Assembly: GCA_951406725.2 (NCBI GenBank)
Contig: OX597830.1
Location: 71,672,001 to 71,736,000, forward strand
Length of the DNA: 64,000 nt
Direction: 5' to 3'
Origin: Octopus vulgaris
Taxonomy: Eukaryota
Part shown: positions 40,368 through 52,827 of the stretch, one piece after another
How positions within the stretch are numbered: position 1 is the first letter of the stretch
How the letters are laid out: every line of letters starts with the position of its first letter
The notes under the pieces: generated by a model
The model's database searches: none
What the model was told of the DNA's origin: nothing
Seen by the model: only the letters and a program-made list of their open reading frames with translations
Position numbers and translations under genes: made by a program

Positions 40368-40742
40368 TCCTTTCTAGTAAAGGTACAAGGCCTGAAATTT
40401 TGGGGGAAGGGACCAGGATTACACTGGTACTTCATTTATCGACTCCGAAAGGATGAAAGGCAAAGTTGACCTCGGCGGTATTTGAACTCAGAACATTACG
40501 ACGGGCGAAATACCTATTTCTTTACTACCCACAAGGGGCTAAACGCAGAGAGGGCATACAAGAACAGACAAACGGATTAAGTCGATTATATCGACCTCAG
40601 TGAGTAACTGGTACTTATTTAATCGACCCCCGAAAGGATGAAAGGCAAAGTTGACCTCGGTGGAATTTGAACTCAGAACATAACGACGGGTGTCGCTGAG
40701 TTTTTCGTCCAGCGTGCTAACGATTCTGCCAGCTCACCACCT
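40368..40742 (-). mobile_element. dimeric family B SINE
   Basis: Two core units joined at GAAATACCTATTTCTTTACTAC. Confidence 0.85.
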
Positions 40743-40780
40743 TAATTAATAATAATAATGATAATAACTGCTAACTTAAT

Positions 40781-41055
40781 CACATGATCACGTGACCGAC
40801 CAGACCATCAGAAGTTGTTACACATCGCTGGTCACAATGCGCTTCGCATTGTTTTAGCCTTCGAATGACACCACCCCGCTGGCTAAGCGAGCAGGCCAAC
40901 AGAAGAAAGAGAGAAAGAGTGGTGAAAAGAGTACAGCAGGGATCACCACCCCTGCCGGAGCATCGTGGAACTTTTAGGTGTTTTTTCTCAATAAGCACTC
41001 ACAACGCCCGGTCTGGGACGCGATCCTACGACCGCGAGTCCGCTGCCCTAATCAC
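40781..41055 (-). mobile_element. SINE family C (tail type 3), slightly 5'-truncated, 22-bp TSD
   Basis: TGATAATAACTGCTAACTTAAT at 40759-40780 and 41056-41077; head and body match 63597-63980. Confidence 0.85.
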
Positions 41056-41686
41056 TGATAATAACTGCTAACTTAATATAAACGTCAAAAGTTTTGGTGG
41101 ATGACTATTGGCCCGTTCAGTGTATATATAAACTGCGTCCACGTTGGGGGTACCGCCTCGAAGGGTTTGGTCGAACAAATCGACAGCTCTTATTTTTAGA
41201 CGTGTTACTTATTTATTAGTTTTCATTTGCCGATCCACTAAATTATGGGGTACAGGTTGTCGAACGGCTGCTTGGTGGAGTGAAAAACAACAGAAATATG
41301 GACACACACACACACGCGTGTTTCAATTTCGTTCTACCAAATCCACAATATATTCATGCGTACACACACATACACACACACTGGCACATGTTGCTTTGTG
41401 TTTATGTCTGTATTCTTTTATATCTGCCCACAAGTTCATAATCATTGTTAATTAATGCTTGTATAAATAATCCTTTGTATTTCTTTCCCTTCTGTCACTG
41501 TGTGTGGAAAATAATATAATTAAAATACTCTTCATAAAAAAATTAAAAAATCCCTTCATATTTCCTCTTTTGGTTTCTAAGAGATTCGCACCAAATGCAC
41601 TCGTTCATACAATTCTGGATGAAATATAAAACATGATAAAGCATGTTTTGGAAGAAAACTGATTGAGCCGTGAAAATAAATATATT

Positions 41687-42070
41687 GGATATTTTCGGTT
41701 TGAACGGCAGTTTTTTAAAATAATTTCCACGTAACTAAACACTTTTAAACTTCGTATACTGGTAGAATGTGTTTATAAAACATCTTTTTCTCAATTTTTT
41801 TCTCAATTTTTTCTTCAATTTCTGCAATTTCAACCTATTACTGACGTCTATTGAGGTGAAAAACATTCTGTGCCGCATGAATATGTCCCTCGCTTAAGAA
41901 ACAGATTGGGTTTATTTACATTTGTGAAGAAAAAAAGATACCCTTCCCCCACCCCTAACCCTAACTAACCCTAACCCTAAAACAGATTGAAATGCAATAG
42001 ATCGATAATTGTGGGTGACAATTTCATATGACACCGCTAGAAAAAACTGCCGTTCAAACCGAAAAGATCT
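41687..42070. mobile_element. MITE with ~30-bp TIRs, internal (CCCTAA)n and apparent 8-bp TSD
   Basis: GATATTTTCGGTTTGAACGGCAGTTTTTT pairs with AAAAAACTGCCGTTCAAACCGAAAAGATC; AATATATT on both flanks. Confidence 0.85.
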
Positions 42071-42175
42071 AATATATTTATAATCTCCACACAAATATAG
42101 ATTTAACTTATCAAATACCGCTTCGACCTGCATAGCCTAAAGGATAAACTACAATTTCGTTCTCTCTCTCATCTC

Positions 42176-42385
42176 TTACTTTTTACTTGTTTCAGTCATT
42201 TGACTGCGGCCATGCTGGAGCACCGCCTTTAGTCGAGCAAATCGACACCGGGACTTATTCTTTGTAAGCCCAGTACTTATTCTATCGGTCTCATTTGCCG
42301 AACAGCTAGGTGACGGGGAGGTAAACACACCAGCACCGGTTGTCAAGCAATGCTAGGGGGACAAACACAGACACACAAACACAAA

Positions 42386-42445
<60 letters not shown>

Positions 42446-42608
42446 CGACAGGCTTCTTTCAGTTTCCGTCTACCAAATCCACTCACAAGGCATTGGTCGG
42501 CCCGCGGCTATAGCAGAAGACACATGCCCAAGATCCCACGCAGTGGGACTGAACCCGGAACCATGTGGTTGGTTAGCAAACTACTTACCACACAGCCACT
42601 CCTGCGCC
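42176..42608 (-). mobile_element. SINE family A, full length
   Basis: Colinear with the other copies. Confidence 0.9.
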
Positions 42609-43320
42609 TTCATTACCTCTCAACACAGTTCTGTTGCTGCAGGTGTTATTATTGTTTATAATTCAATAGTAATAATTTTCATTCGAAGGAGGTGGGCATA
42701 GCTGGAGATAAACTTCCAAAATAATTACTATTTATAGAGATGTCAGTCTGGACGGTCATAGATTTCACATATTGCTCTCTGCCTCTCTCTCGCCTTTAGT
42801 CGAGCAAATCGACACCGGGACTTATTCTTTGTAAGCCCAGTACTTATTCTATCGGTCTCATTTGCCGAACAGCTAGGTGACGGGGAGGTAAACACACCAG
42901 CACCGGTTGTCAAGCAATGCTAGGGGGACAAACACAGACACACAAACACAAACACACATACACACACACACACACACATGTGTGTATGGATGTGTATGGA
43001 TGTGTATACGTGTGCGTGTGTGTATGGATGTGTATATGTGTGCATGGATGTGTATGTGTGTGCGTGTGCGTATGTGTACATCCCTTAGAACTTTGTGGAT
43101 GTTCATTAGATATTATAATATACCTTTTATTTTGCTCATGTTCGTCGAATGCTTATACTAAAACTTGTATATTTGTGCTTGTGTATATGTGTGAGTGTAT
43201 GTGCATGTACATGCATATATGTCATGTGTGCGTATATATATGTGTATGTGTGTGAGTGTGTGTGTGTGTATGACTGTATATTATACATACATAGAAGTTA
43301 GTCTTCCAACCACATGGAAC

Positions 43321-43369
43321 CAGTTTGATAAGTGCCGCGGCACGAAACTATTCGCCTTGAGTCACTCTG
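43321..43369 (+). ncRNA. candidate type I hammerhead ribozyme, U3-A8 variant
   Basis: AGT TTGATAA GTGC-cgcg-GCAC GAA ACT-attcgccttg-AGT C ACT. Confidence 0.55.
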
Positions 43370-44034
43370 TAACGTCTGCTAATTATTAATAAAGAAATAA
43401 AGAAATATGTATATGATAATATACACCCACTTCCCTTCTCTATAAAGTTCCTTAATCTGCTTTGCTATATATTTTTTAAAATTTTTATAATTTGTATATA
43501 TTTATTTTATTATAAATGCAAAACAACACCTCACACTCACCTCCCGAGTTTTGTTTTACATACAGTATGTGCGATTCTTTGTTTACCTATCTTCGGTACA
43601 CTACGTATTTTCTTTTAATGTAGTTTAATTAATGTGTTATACAGTACAGTAGTGTACTATATTTTATATTTATTAATTTATTAATTTCTAGGCGTGAGAA
43701 TGCTTATTTTACCACAGAAATAATTAAAATCTTAAAAAAATATAAATGCCCATCGGCCGCAGAAACCCGTAATATAATAAGGAGTCCGCGATATAAATTT
43801 ACATCTATTAGCCAGAAGAATCTGCGATAGGTGAACTGCAAGTATGGCGAGTGATTACTATATATATATATATATGCACATACACTGTGCTAAGATTTTC
43901 AACAAGTAGTATAGCACTCGGACAGTTAAGAGTGTAAAGATTTTATTGTAATAAAAATTTTCGTGAAATACCGCAATATTTCGGCCATGAAACCCAAGGT
44001 AGCTCTATTTCATACGACGTCTTGTCTATTTTAT

Positions 44035-44066
<32 letters not shown>

Positions 44067-44415
44067 TGTATGTATGTATGTATGTATGTATGTATGTATG
44101 TATGTATGTATGCATGTATGTATGCATGTATGTATGTATCTATGTAATATACGGATGTATGCATGCATTGATGCATGCACGTGTATGTGTGTGTGTGTGT
44201 GGAGAGAGAGAGAGATGGGTCGATAGATGCATATATATATATGTTGTATGTTGGCATGTTTTTGTATGTTTGTGTGCTTTCGTGTATAGTGTGTGTGTGT
44301 GTGTGTGTGTGTGTGTCCGTTAGAACTTGTGGGCATTCATTATATATTATAATATATTTCTATTTTTATATTTTGTTTATTTTATATTGGGAGAGAGATA
44401 GAGATGGATGGATAG

Positions 44416-44446
<31 letters not shown>

Positions 44447-44483
44447 GACAGATATATTGATAGATAGATAGATAGACAGATAT

Positions 44484-44566
<83 letters not shown>

Positions 44567-44567
44567 T

Positions 44568-44618
<51 letters not shown>

Positions 44619-45344
44619 TACATATAGATAGACGGATAGATAGATAGACAGATATACATATAGATAGACGGATAGATAGATAGATAGATAGATATATAGA
44701 TATAGAACATAAGTACGATTTCTTTATTTCTTTAGTTGAACTTAATATCTCAGATTTGCAAAAGTCAACGTTGCTGTGCTTTCTTCCAATCCACAGCAAT
44801 ATGCAAAGCAATGCAATGACATATACATTCGATAGGTGCGTTAGCTTTACTTCACTTTAAACACACATAAAACAGATTATATACGCACTATTTTATGGAT
44901 GTATCAAAGACCATTTTGAATTATGCTATTGCGGTGGAATAAGTTATTTTCCATAAAACTTACTTCAACTCAGTTAGTAACAGTCATTTTTGATGCCATT
45001 GTAAATAACATTTATTTGTGATTTACAAGAATTATTACTGCTTTTATGATTTAGATTCTTTAAAGTAATGACTGTTACCTGTCATTCAAGATACATTCTT
45101 TAGGTGCGAACACAGCATGGACATTTTATAAGTTTATGTGAGAAAAGGACGTGTATGAATGTAAGAATGCGTACCTGTATGGGAGCATGTATGTATTTAA
45201 GAATGTATGAGAATATTTTACAGCTACGTTTGTGTGCATATATAATATATATGTGTTTGTTTGCCTCTGTGTGTGTTTGTTTGCTTGTACGTATATGTAA
45301 GAATTTATAGATACATATATTATATTATGTTATATTTTAGGATA

Positions 45345-45575
45345 ACGAAAAGTAATGTCGTATTTTGAAGCTAACAGAAGTTGAAGAGGGTCCGCATCAA
45401 AGTACTGCAGAGTTGCCCAGGTGGCTTAATAACCTTTGGTCCATTGTACAAGATCATCTGAAGCAGATTAGGGAACTTTATAGAGAAGGGAAGTGGATAT
45501 TTCATGAGCTGTCCCCTGAGAATAAAGCGGTGCGCTCAATAATTTGTACCAATTTGCTAACCTGAGAAAAACAAA
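45345..45575 (+). pseudogene. mariner transposase fragment
   Basis: ...HLKQI....GKWIFHELSPENK..R..IC..LL, a WVPHEL-like linker motif. Confidence 0.7.
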
Positions 45576-46054
45576 CACCTTTAAAAACACACGCGCGCAC
45601 GCACAGTTTTTCCATTTGGATTACAGATTCTTAGTATGAATTTGAGTGTTGAACTATATGTTTCTTTTTTTATTATTTCTGGAAGTTCACTGCTCTAATT
45701 TATAAACACCCGTGTTCGTTCAATTTTGCACCTTTATTATTCGACAATTAGTTAGCTATTTAACAAACTAATAAATTGCTTCGTTAATTATTCAACCAAT
45801 CAATCATTTAATTGTGTTTATTAAAGAACTTTTGTCGCTACTCATGAAGTATTAAAGACATGTTCTATCAATTTCAAGTCAGCTTCAGGTCTATCTGTTT
45901 AGTAGTTTGACTATGCAAACAATTGCTTGCTTATTTGATTAAATACCTTACCAATTCACGAATAATAAGTAAGTTATATTTAATCAATAAATATGTTTAT
46001 AACGGATGTTATAACCCTCTCAAGATACATCGAAATCCATCCATCTATCCATCC

Positions 46055-46097
<43 letters not shown>

Positions 46098-46253
46098 TCT
46101 TATCGTCTTTGACGGTGGAACTCTAAGGACATAGTGATAAAGATTTGAACACTGTTAAAATTATACTTCAGACTCTTTAACCAAATATTTACATGCTATT
46201 ATTTACAAGCTTCTCTACTTCACGTTTCACCTTCTAGAAACCTGTTTTGTGAC

Positions 46254-46306
<53 letters not shown>

Positions 46307-46736
46307 CCAAATTAAGAAATGTTGAGCTGACGAAAGAAATGTCGAGTTTTAATTCGGCTGGAACTCTAAGGACGTAGTGATAAAGATTTGAACACTGTGT
46401 TAAAATCATACTTCTGTTTTCCCCCAAATATTTACATGCTATTATTTACAAGCACTTCAGGGAGATTCTTCAAAGTAGTAGAAATGGCTAAAGAAACTTT
46501 TGGCTGCTATTTCTGAAAATTTCGTATGTAAATAAATATTTTATATAATTATATAAAGTAATATTTTGATACGACCTTGAATTGTCCGTCCATTTGACAC
46601 CGCTGGTCACAGCACGCTGTACTTCTCTGGTGAAATTAATTAATAACAATTGATCCCAATCGTCCTCTTAATTATTGTCACTCCACCGTATAGGTCTATA
46701 TGGTCTTTATATATATACTATATATATATCCATATA

Positions 46737-47605
46737 TATCGGGTTGTTCCGAAAATAATGGCCGCTCTAAGTGTTGTGTTTTGAAACGCAATTTCATCAT
46801 AGTATTTTAATTATATTTTAGATGAATTTCGACATGCTTAATAATTGATGTATACGCTTTAGTAATTTTCTACTTATTTCAGACAGAAAACATTCTTGAA
46901 GCATAGGCACCCTTAATTATGAACATGACAAAAAAGGACCTTCGCTTACTTTTCTTGCATGAGTTCAAGCTTGGGCACAATGCCTTCCAAACGGCTGCCA
47001 ATAGCAACAGAGCTTGGGGAGAGGGGTCCACAAGTGATCACACTGTACCAACGCCGGTTCAGAAATTTCGTAGTAGTGATGACAGCCTTGAATATGAAGA
47101 AGGTAGAGGATGGTCATGCAGTCTTGACAATGAAAAATTGAAAGCAATTCTTGAACAAAACCCACGTCAAAGTGTCAGCGAAATGTCTCAGGCACTTATT
47201 GTCGATATTGCAACGGTCTCACGCAATCTGCAGAAGATTAGTAAGGTGAAGTGTGTTCGATGCTCTTTCTGCGAAGCACCAATGATCCTTTTTTTTTTTT
47301 TGACCGAATAGTCACAAGTGACGAAAAGTGGATCCTTTATGATAACCGTAAATGATTATGTCAGTGGCTTGATTGTGATGAGCATCTGCAAAAGATTATG
47401 ACTGCTTACTGTAAGCCGATCAGCTTACACTAAGTTAATCAGAGCATTACTACGGATGTTTACTGCAATCAACTCGCAGAAATGCATGCTCACATGTCAA
47501 AAATGAGACGTGCATTGGTGAATCGGCGTGGCTCAATTCTACTCCACGTTGCAAAAATTATGCTGCAGAAACTCACAAAGGTGGGATACGAGAATTTTTG
47601 AAGTG
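46737..47605 (+). mobile_element. decayed mariner DNA transposon
   Basis: ORF 46919-47311 is a mariner N-terminal HTH (FLHEFKLGHNA...SLEYEEGRG); a frameshifted RIVTSDEKWILYDN catalytic motif lies near 47305-47347. Confidence 0.85.
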
Positions 47606-48385
47606 CAACCAACTGAGACAATGAATATTATTTAACCATTTCGTACTTGGTTTGCCCCTATGTCTCCCCAACCAATGACTCCGCTTGACGAATCTACCCT
47701 GCTATTCTTCCAAATCACATGTTTGATATCGGAGATGTGATCTCTCATTGCGGAAGAGTAGCGTCTCGACCAGGAAAGATTCGCTGATTAGCGCTGATCC
47801 CCGAGTAACGCACTCTGTGGGGTATCTCGCAATTTCAGCGTAAAAGACATATATTATCTTTACAAAAGCTGTTTTAAAATAGTTATAAATTCTCTTGTAA
47901 GATTTTGAATAGTTAATATGTATGATCCATAGTCTAATTGTTAAAGCTTCAACTCACTCTTAGAGACTTGAATGACAAGCACATCATCCGATGAGAGTAT
48001 ATGTATGTGTATGTGCGAGAGAGAGAATGTGTGTGAGACAGAGAGTGTGTGTCTGTCTGTGAGAGAGGGAGTGTGTGTGAGAGTGAGAGAGAGTGAGAGA
48101 GATAGAGAGAGAGCTTAGATTGTGTGTGTGTGTGCGTGCGCGCGTATTATCTTTCTCTTAAACTTTTTGTCTGTTTCTTTCTCTCCTTTCGGAAGAAGTA
48201 TATTGAGCTCAGATCTAAGAGGGAAGTTCTCTACCAGGTCGAAACACACCCAACAGGCCGTATATCACGATAGTGTACCTACAACTTCACCAAGGAGTTA
48301 AGAGTTTATAGCATGGCTTATACATGCACGAGATCCTAGGCTTTTGAGATGCTTTTCTAACTTTCTGTCGATTAGAAATAAAAAA

Positions 48386-48420
<35 letters not shown>

Positions 48421-48966
48421 AGTGTATGTATATATAGCTGTAATGTTTGCACATACAGACTCACACACACACGTGTATATATGAGAAGTCTCTAAATTTT
48501 CACTACACACCATGAACCACGAAGAATGTTTCGTTTTATCGTTCCAAGTACAAACTGTTGGAGCCCTTCAAGCTAGAAATATATAACCTATCAACAATGA
48601 TATATAATTAATGTCACGAGGTACTTAGAGCTGGTGTCTACTTTCGAGGTTCAATGGAAATACCTAGGGGGGTCCGTTTTTGAAAATGCTGTTGTTGTTG
48701 TTGTTGCTATTATTATTATTATTTGTTTATTTTTTTGTCCAACTCTTCGTTGAACGTGCGATCAAAAAATGTTTAGTTTAAGAATGGTTTCTTATTGTAC
48801 TTCTTTAGCTATATATATATATATATTTCAAAACACAGATTGTTTTATAGCACACACACACATACACACGCATTCATTATTTATATATACATGCACGAGA
48901 CCCTAGGCTTTTGAGATACTTTTCTAACTTTTTATGTGATTAGAAATAAAGAAAAACTCGTATATT

Positions 48967-49034
<68 letters not shown>

Positions 49035-49535
49035 GAATGTGGTGTATGTGTGTGTGTGTTTGAAAAACAATTTGAGTTTTGAAATGTCGTTTCTGGCTGG
49101 GGAGAGATATCTATGTCTTAATAATTATTCTAACCATACTCGGAAGGGAAAAGAGAATGACTTGGAATATTTGTAACTTGAAATAACCCACTTTTTTTTT
49201 TTAATGTTAGACCGTGTTTAATACAGATTCTCTATATTCAACGTTCTGCAAATGGTGGGGACGGGTGCCTATGCCTAGGTTATTAATCAATAATGACATA
49301 GACAAGTAGAATTTTAAGCAAACTGTGAATGAATATCATGGGGCGATAACACATCCTATTGCAAGCAACGGGATCACTGTGCGAGCGTTTGCCTGTATGT
49401 ATGTATGTATGTATGTATGTATGTATGTATGTATGTATGTATGTATGTATGTATGTATGTATGTATGCATGTATATATGTATGTATATGTGTATGTATAT
49501 ATATGTATATATGTATATATATATATTATATATAT

Positions 49536-49760
49536 AGGCGAGTTGGCAGAAACGTTAGCACGCCGGGCGAAATGCTCAGCAGTATTTCGTCTGTCGCTAC
49601 GTTGTAAGTTCAAATTCCGCCGAGGTCGACTTTGCCTTTCATCATTTCGGGGTCGATAAATTAAGTACCAGTTACATACGGGGGTCGATGTAACCGACTT
49701 AATCCCTTTGTCTGTCCTTGTTTGACCCCTCTATGTTTAGCCCCTTGTGGGCAATAATGA

Positions 49761-49765
<5 letters not shown>
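49536..49765 (+). mobile_element. SINE family B monomer in (TA)n
   Basis: Colinear with 13880-14097. Confidence 0.88.
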
Positions 49766-49810
<45 letters not shown>

Positions 49811-50784
49811 GTATATGGGGAAAAGCATGTGTGTAAGTGGCATGTGTTTGAAAGCATTCCACTGACCGTGTGCAAAATTCAAGACTTTCCATAAGTGTCA
49901 CTAAAAGATGTAAGAGTTTCCTCGCATTCACTTATACTAAGAGACATAATACGAAGTCAGAGTTACTAAAGAGTTCTTTCAAAAACGCAAGAGTTAGTCT
50001 GATGATGAGGACGCCTCTGCAAGGACGCTCAAGGCTCCAGAAATAGCAGCCAAATTTTTCACGAAGATTAGACCCTGACATATCTTAAGAAAGGAATAGT
50101 AGTTTAGATAATGTTATCTTAGAAAAACTATGTCTATGTAAAGAAAAAGAAAAATGACATGATGGTAAAACCGTAAGAGTTAATCTATTATGTCTGATGT
50201 TCTAGCTCACAACAACAACACCAACAGCAACAGCCTTCTATAATGAGGCTTGATTCATACAGCAACACAAATGTAAGTTTGTATTGTCTACAAGAAAAAT
50301 TCCTTGACACTTAAGTGCTTATACACTTATACAACATAGCTGGTCCTAACTATTTGGATTTTGTATGATTGGGCTATATACATCTCCGTCTGTATCCAAT
50401 TCCAATTAGGTAGATTGCTTCATTAAGGGATCTATCTACTATGTAGATCTTACGTGTAAATATTTTTATGATTGTCATATATTATCTCCTCCGTTCTCCG
50501 TTTTATAGTATCAAAATGTCAGAAATATTTACTGCTATTAATATATTACAACATGCTAGTTTATATTTACCGAAAATATATTTCTTTCTTGCTTATAACA
50601 ACAACTACTCCTCCATAAAGCAACGATATCTCGGTGTCTTTAATTGATAGGTCCGTTGTTCTTATTGTAATGGAAATATTTCGGTGCGCTGGTAATAGTT
50701 AAACACTTCTATCATGCCAATGGTTGTCTATAGCGAGGGCAGGTATTTTCAAACATTTAAGTTTAAGTCTTCGGTTTTAGAATC

Positions 50785-51197
50785 GGCGAGCTGGCAGAAA
50801 CTTTAGGACGCCGGTCGAAATGCTTAGCGGTATTTTGCCTGCCGCTACGTTCTGAGTTCAAATTCCTCCGAGGTCGACCTTGCCTTTCATCCTTTCGGGG
50901 TCGATTAAATAAGTACCACTTAAGCACTGGGGTCAATGTAATCGAGTTAATCCCTTTGTCTGTCCTTGATTGTCCTCTCTGTGTTTAGCCCCTTGTGGGT
51001 AGTAAAGAAATAGGTATTTCGTCTGCCGTTACGTTTTGAGTTCAAATTCCGCCGAGGTCGACTTTGCCTTTCATCCTTTCGGGGTCGATAAATTAAGTAC
51101 CAATTACGCACTAGGGTCGATATATCGACTTAATCCGTTTGTCTGTCCTTGCTTTCCTCCCTCTATGTTTAGCCCCTTCTGGGCAATAAAGAAATAA
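50785..51197 (+). mobile_element. dimeric family B SINE
   Basis: Head plus two core-tail units joined at GTAGTAAAGAAATAGGTATTTCG. Confidence 0.88.
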
Positions 51198-51915
51198 GAA
51201 TAACACTCACCCATATCTAACTGCAAAACAGAATATGAATGCTTTCCTTCCTCCTGTACCTAATCAATAATATCATCAGTAGATGCAACTGAAATGGACA
51301 ATATACCATACAATCTTCACCAGAAGTTTTATTTATTACGACTAAAACTCTTCAAGATATTGTTCTAGCATGGCCACTGAACCAATGAAAAAGTAAAAGA
51401 TTGATTTAAAAGCGAAATATTGAATACTGGAGTCTCAGAAAAATTTCTTGAAAAGGCTGTAAAATCAGGATCAAAATGCCTTTGACTGATCAGTACTGAT
51501 TCGGGTCTAACAATAGTAACAAGTATTTTATCGAAACAAAACAAAACCTTGGTATTTATAAAAGTGTACCTTCATTATGCTCAAGGATGGGTCGGAGGAA
51601 ACTTGTCTGTTGCTCTATAGTTATACTCCCTCACACCACAAACACTTTCTTTTACTGTGCTTACTTCGAAATTTTGTGGTAACATCGGATATATGTGTGT
51701 GTGTGTGTGTATGGTAAATGAAAGACGGAAGATGGAATATACGAGAATTTATTATTAATCAGGAGAATTATTTAATTGATAGGTCTGATGTTCTAATTCT
51801 AGTGGAAATGCGTCGGTTCTCTGGTAATCATTAAAAGAATACGTCACTCGGTTTGATACATCTATCATCTTCATCATCATCATCAACATCAACATCATCA
51901 TCATCATCATCCTAA

Positions 51916-52130
51916 AGGTGGTGAGTTGGCAGACTCGTTCCCACGTCAAGCAAAATTCTTACTGTCTTTTCGTTCGTCTTTGCTTTCCGAGTTCAAATTC
52001 CGCCGACGTCAACTCTACCGGTCATATTTTCGGGCCCGATAAAATAAGTACCAGTTGAGAAAGGGATTGATGTAATCAACTTAACCCTGCCCTCAAAACT
52101 GCTCGCCATGTGCCAAAACTTGAAATCGTC
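51916..52130 (+). mobile_element. SINE family B, older copy (tail type 2)
   Basis: GGTGAGTTGGCAGA head; GAGTTCAAATTCCGCC. Confidence 0.7.
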
Positions 52131-52133
52131 ATC

Positions 52134-52282
52134 ATTACATTATTTACATTTGACGAATATTTGTCCTCATCATGTGTTTTGTTAACACAACGTTTCGGCT
52201 GATATACCCTCCAGCCTTTATCCGTCAAATGTAAATAATGTAGACAATGTAAATATGTACATAATTCATCATCTCTTAAATA
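52134..52282. mobile_element. mini fold-back copy of the Penelope-like terminal repeat
   Basis: Matches 3452-3540, then inverts into 4167-4222-like sequence. Confidence 0.75.
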
Positions 52283-52290
52283 TCATCATT

Positions 52291-52361
52291 TATTTTATTT
52301 TATTTTATTTTTATTTTATCTAGTTTCAGCTCACGAGCTGTGGCCATGCTGAGGCACCGCC
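52291..52361 (-). mobile_element. extremely 5'-truncated retroposon 3' tail with 9-bp TSD
   Basis: Minus strand GGCGGTGCCTCAGCATGGCCACAGCTCGTGAGCTGAAACTAGA(TAAAA)n; ATCATCATT at 52282-52290 and 52362-52370; a second copy lies at 62706-62767. Confidence 0.75.
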
Positions 52362-52557
52362 ATCATCATTATTATTATCAATATTTATTCTATTATTATT
52401 ATTATTATTATTATTATCGTAATTATCATTATATGAAAAACCATGATTAAAAACTATACGTGAACACATATGTCTGTGTATATGCATGTATATATGTAAG
52501 TGTGTGTATGTAATTTCTAATTATCCCTCATCTCCTAAATGATATGTAATTTCGCTA

Positions 52558-52585
52558 ATATTTTCTCTCCGTTTCTCTTCCACAG
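52558..52585 (+). promoter_or_regulatory. 3' splice acceptor (polypyrimidine tract plus CAG) of the homeobox exon
   Basis: CGCTAAT branch-point-like sequence, then TTTTCTCTCCGTTTCTCTTCCACAG. Confidence 0.85.
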
Positions 52586-52827
52586 AAACGAAAGGTCGGA
52601 AGAAACGCAAACCTTACACACGATATCAGACGATGGTATTAGAAAACGAATTCTTAAACAGTTCTTACATAACGCGCCAAAAACGGTGGGAAATTTCCTG
52701 TAAGTTACAATTGACTGAAAGGCAAGTAAAAGTCTGGTTTCAAAACAGACGCATGAAACGTAAGAAGCTCAATGAGCGTGCGAAAGCGCGGTTACGTGAA
52801 GACCAGGAGAATAAGGACCAAGCGTAA
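52586..52827 (+). CDS. Post2: posterior Hox protein Post2, terminal homeobox exon (phase 1)
   Basis: Reads [80 protein letters not shown]. Homeodomain at 52594-52773; [19 protein letters not shown] and RWEISCKL are diagnostic of lophotrochozoan Post2. Confidence 0.95.

Noticed and set aside
52633-52827. ORF-track start at ATG 52633 for the homeobox protein
   Set aside because: This ATG is internal to helix 1; the frame extends upstream to a strong splice acceptor at 52585.
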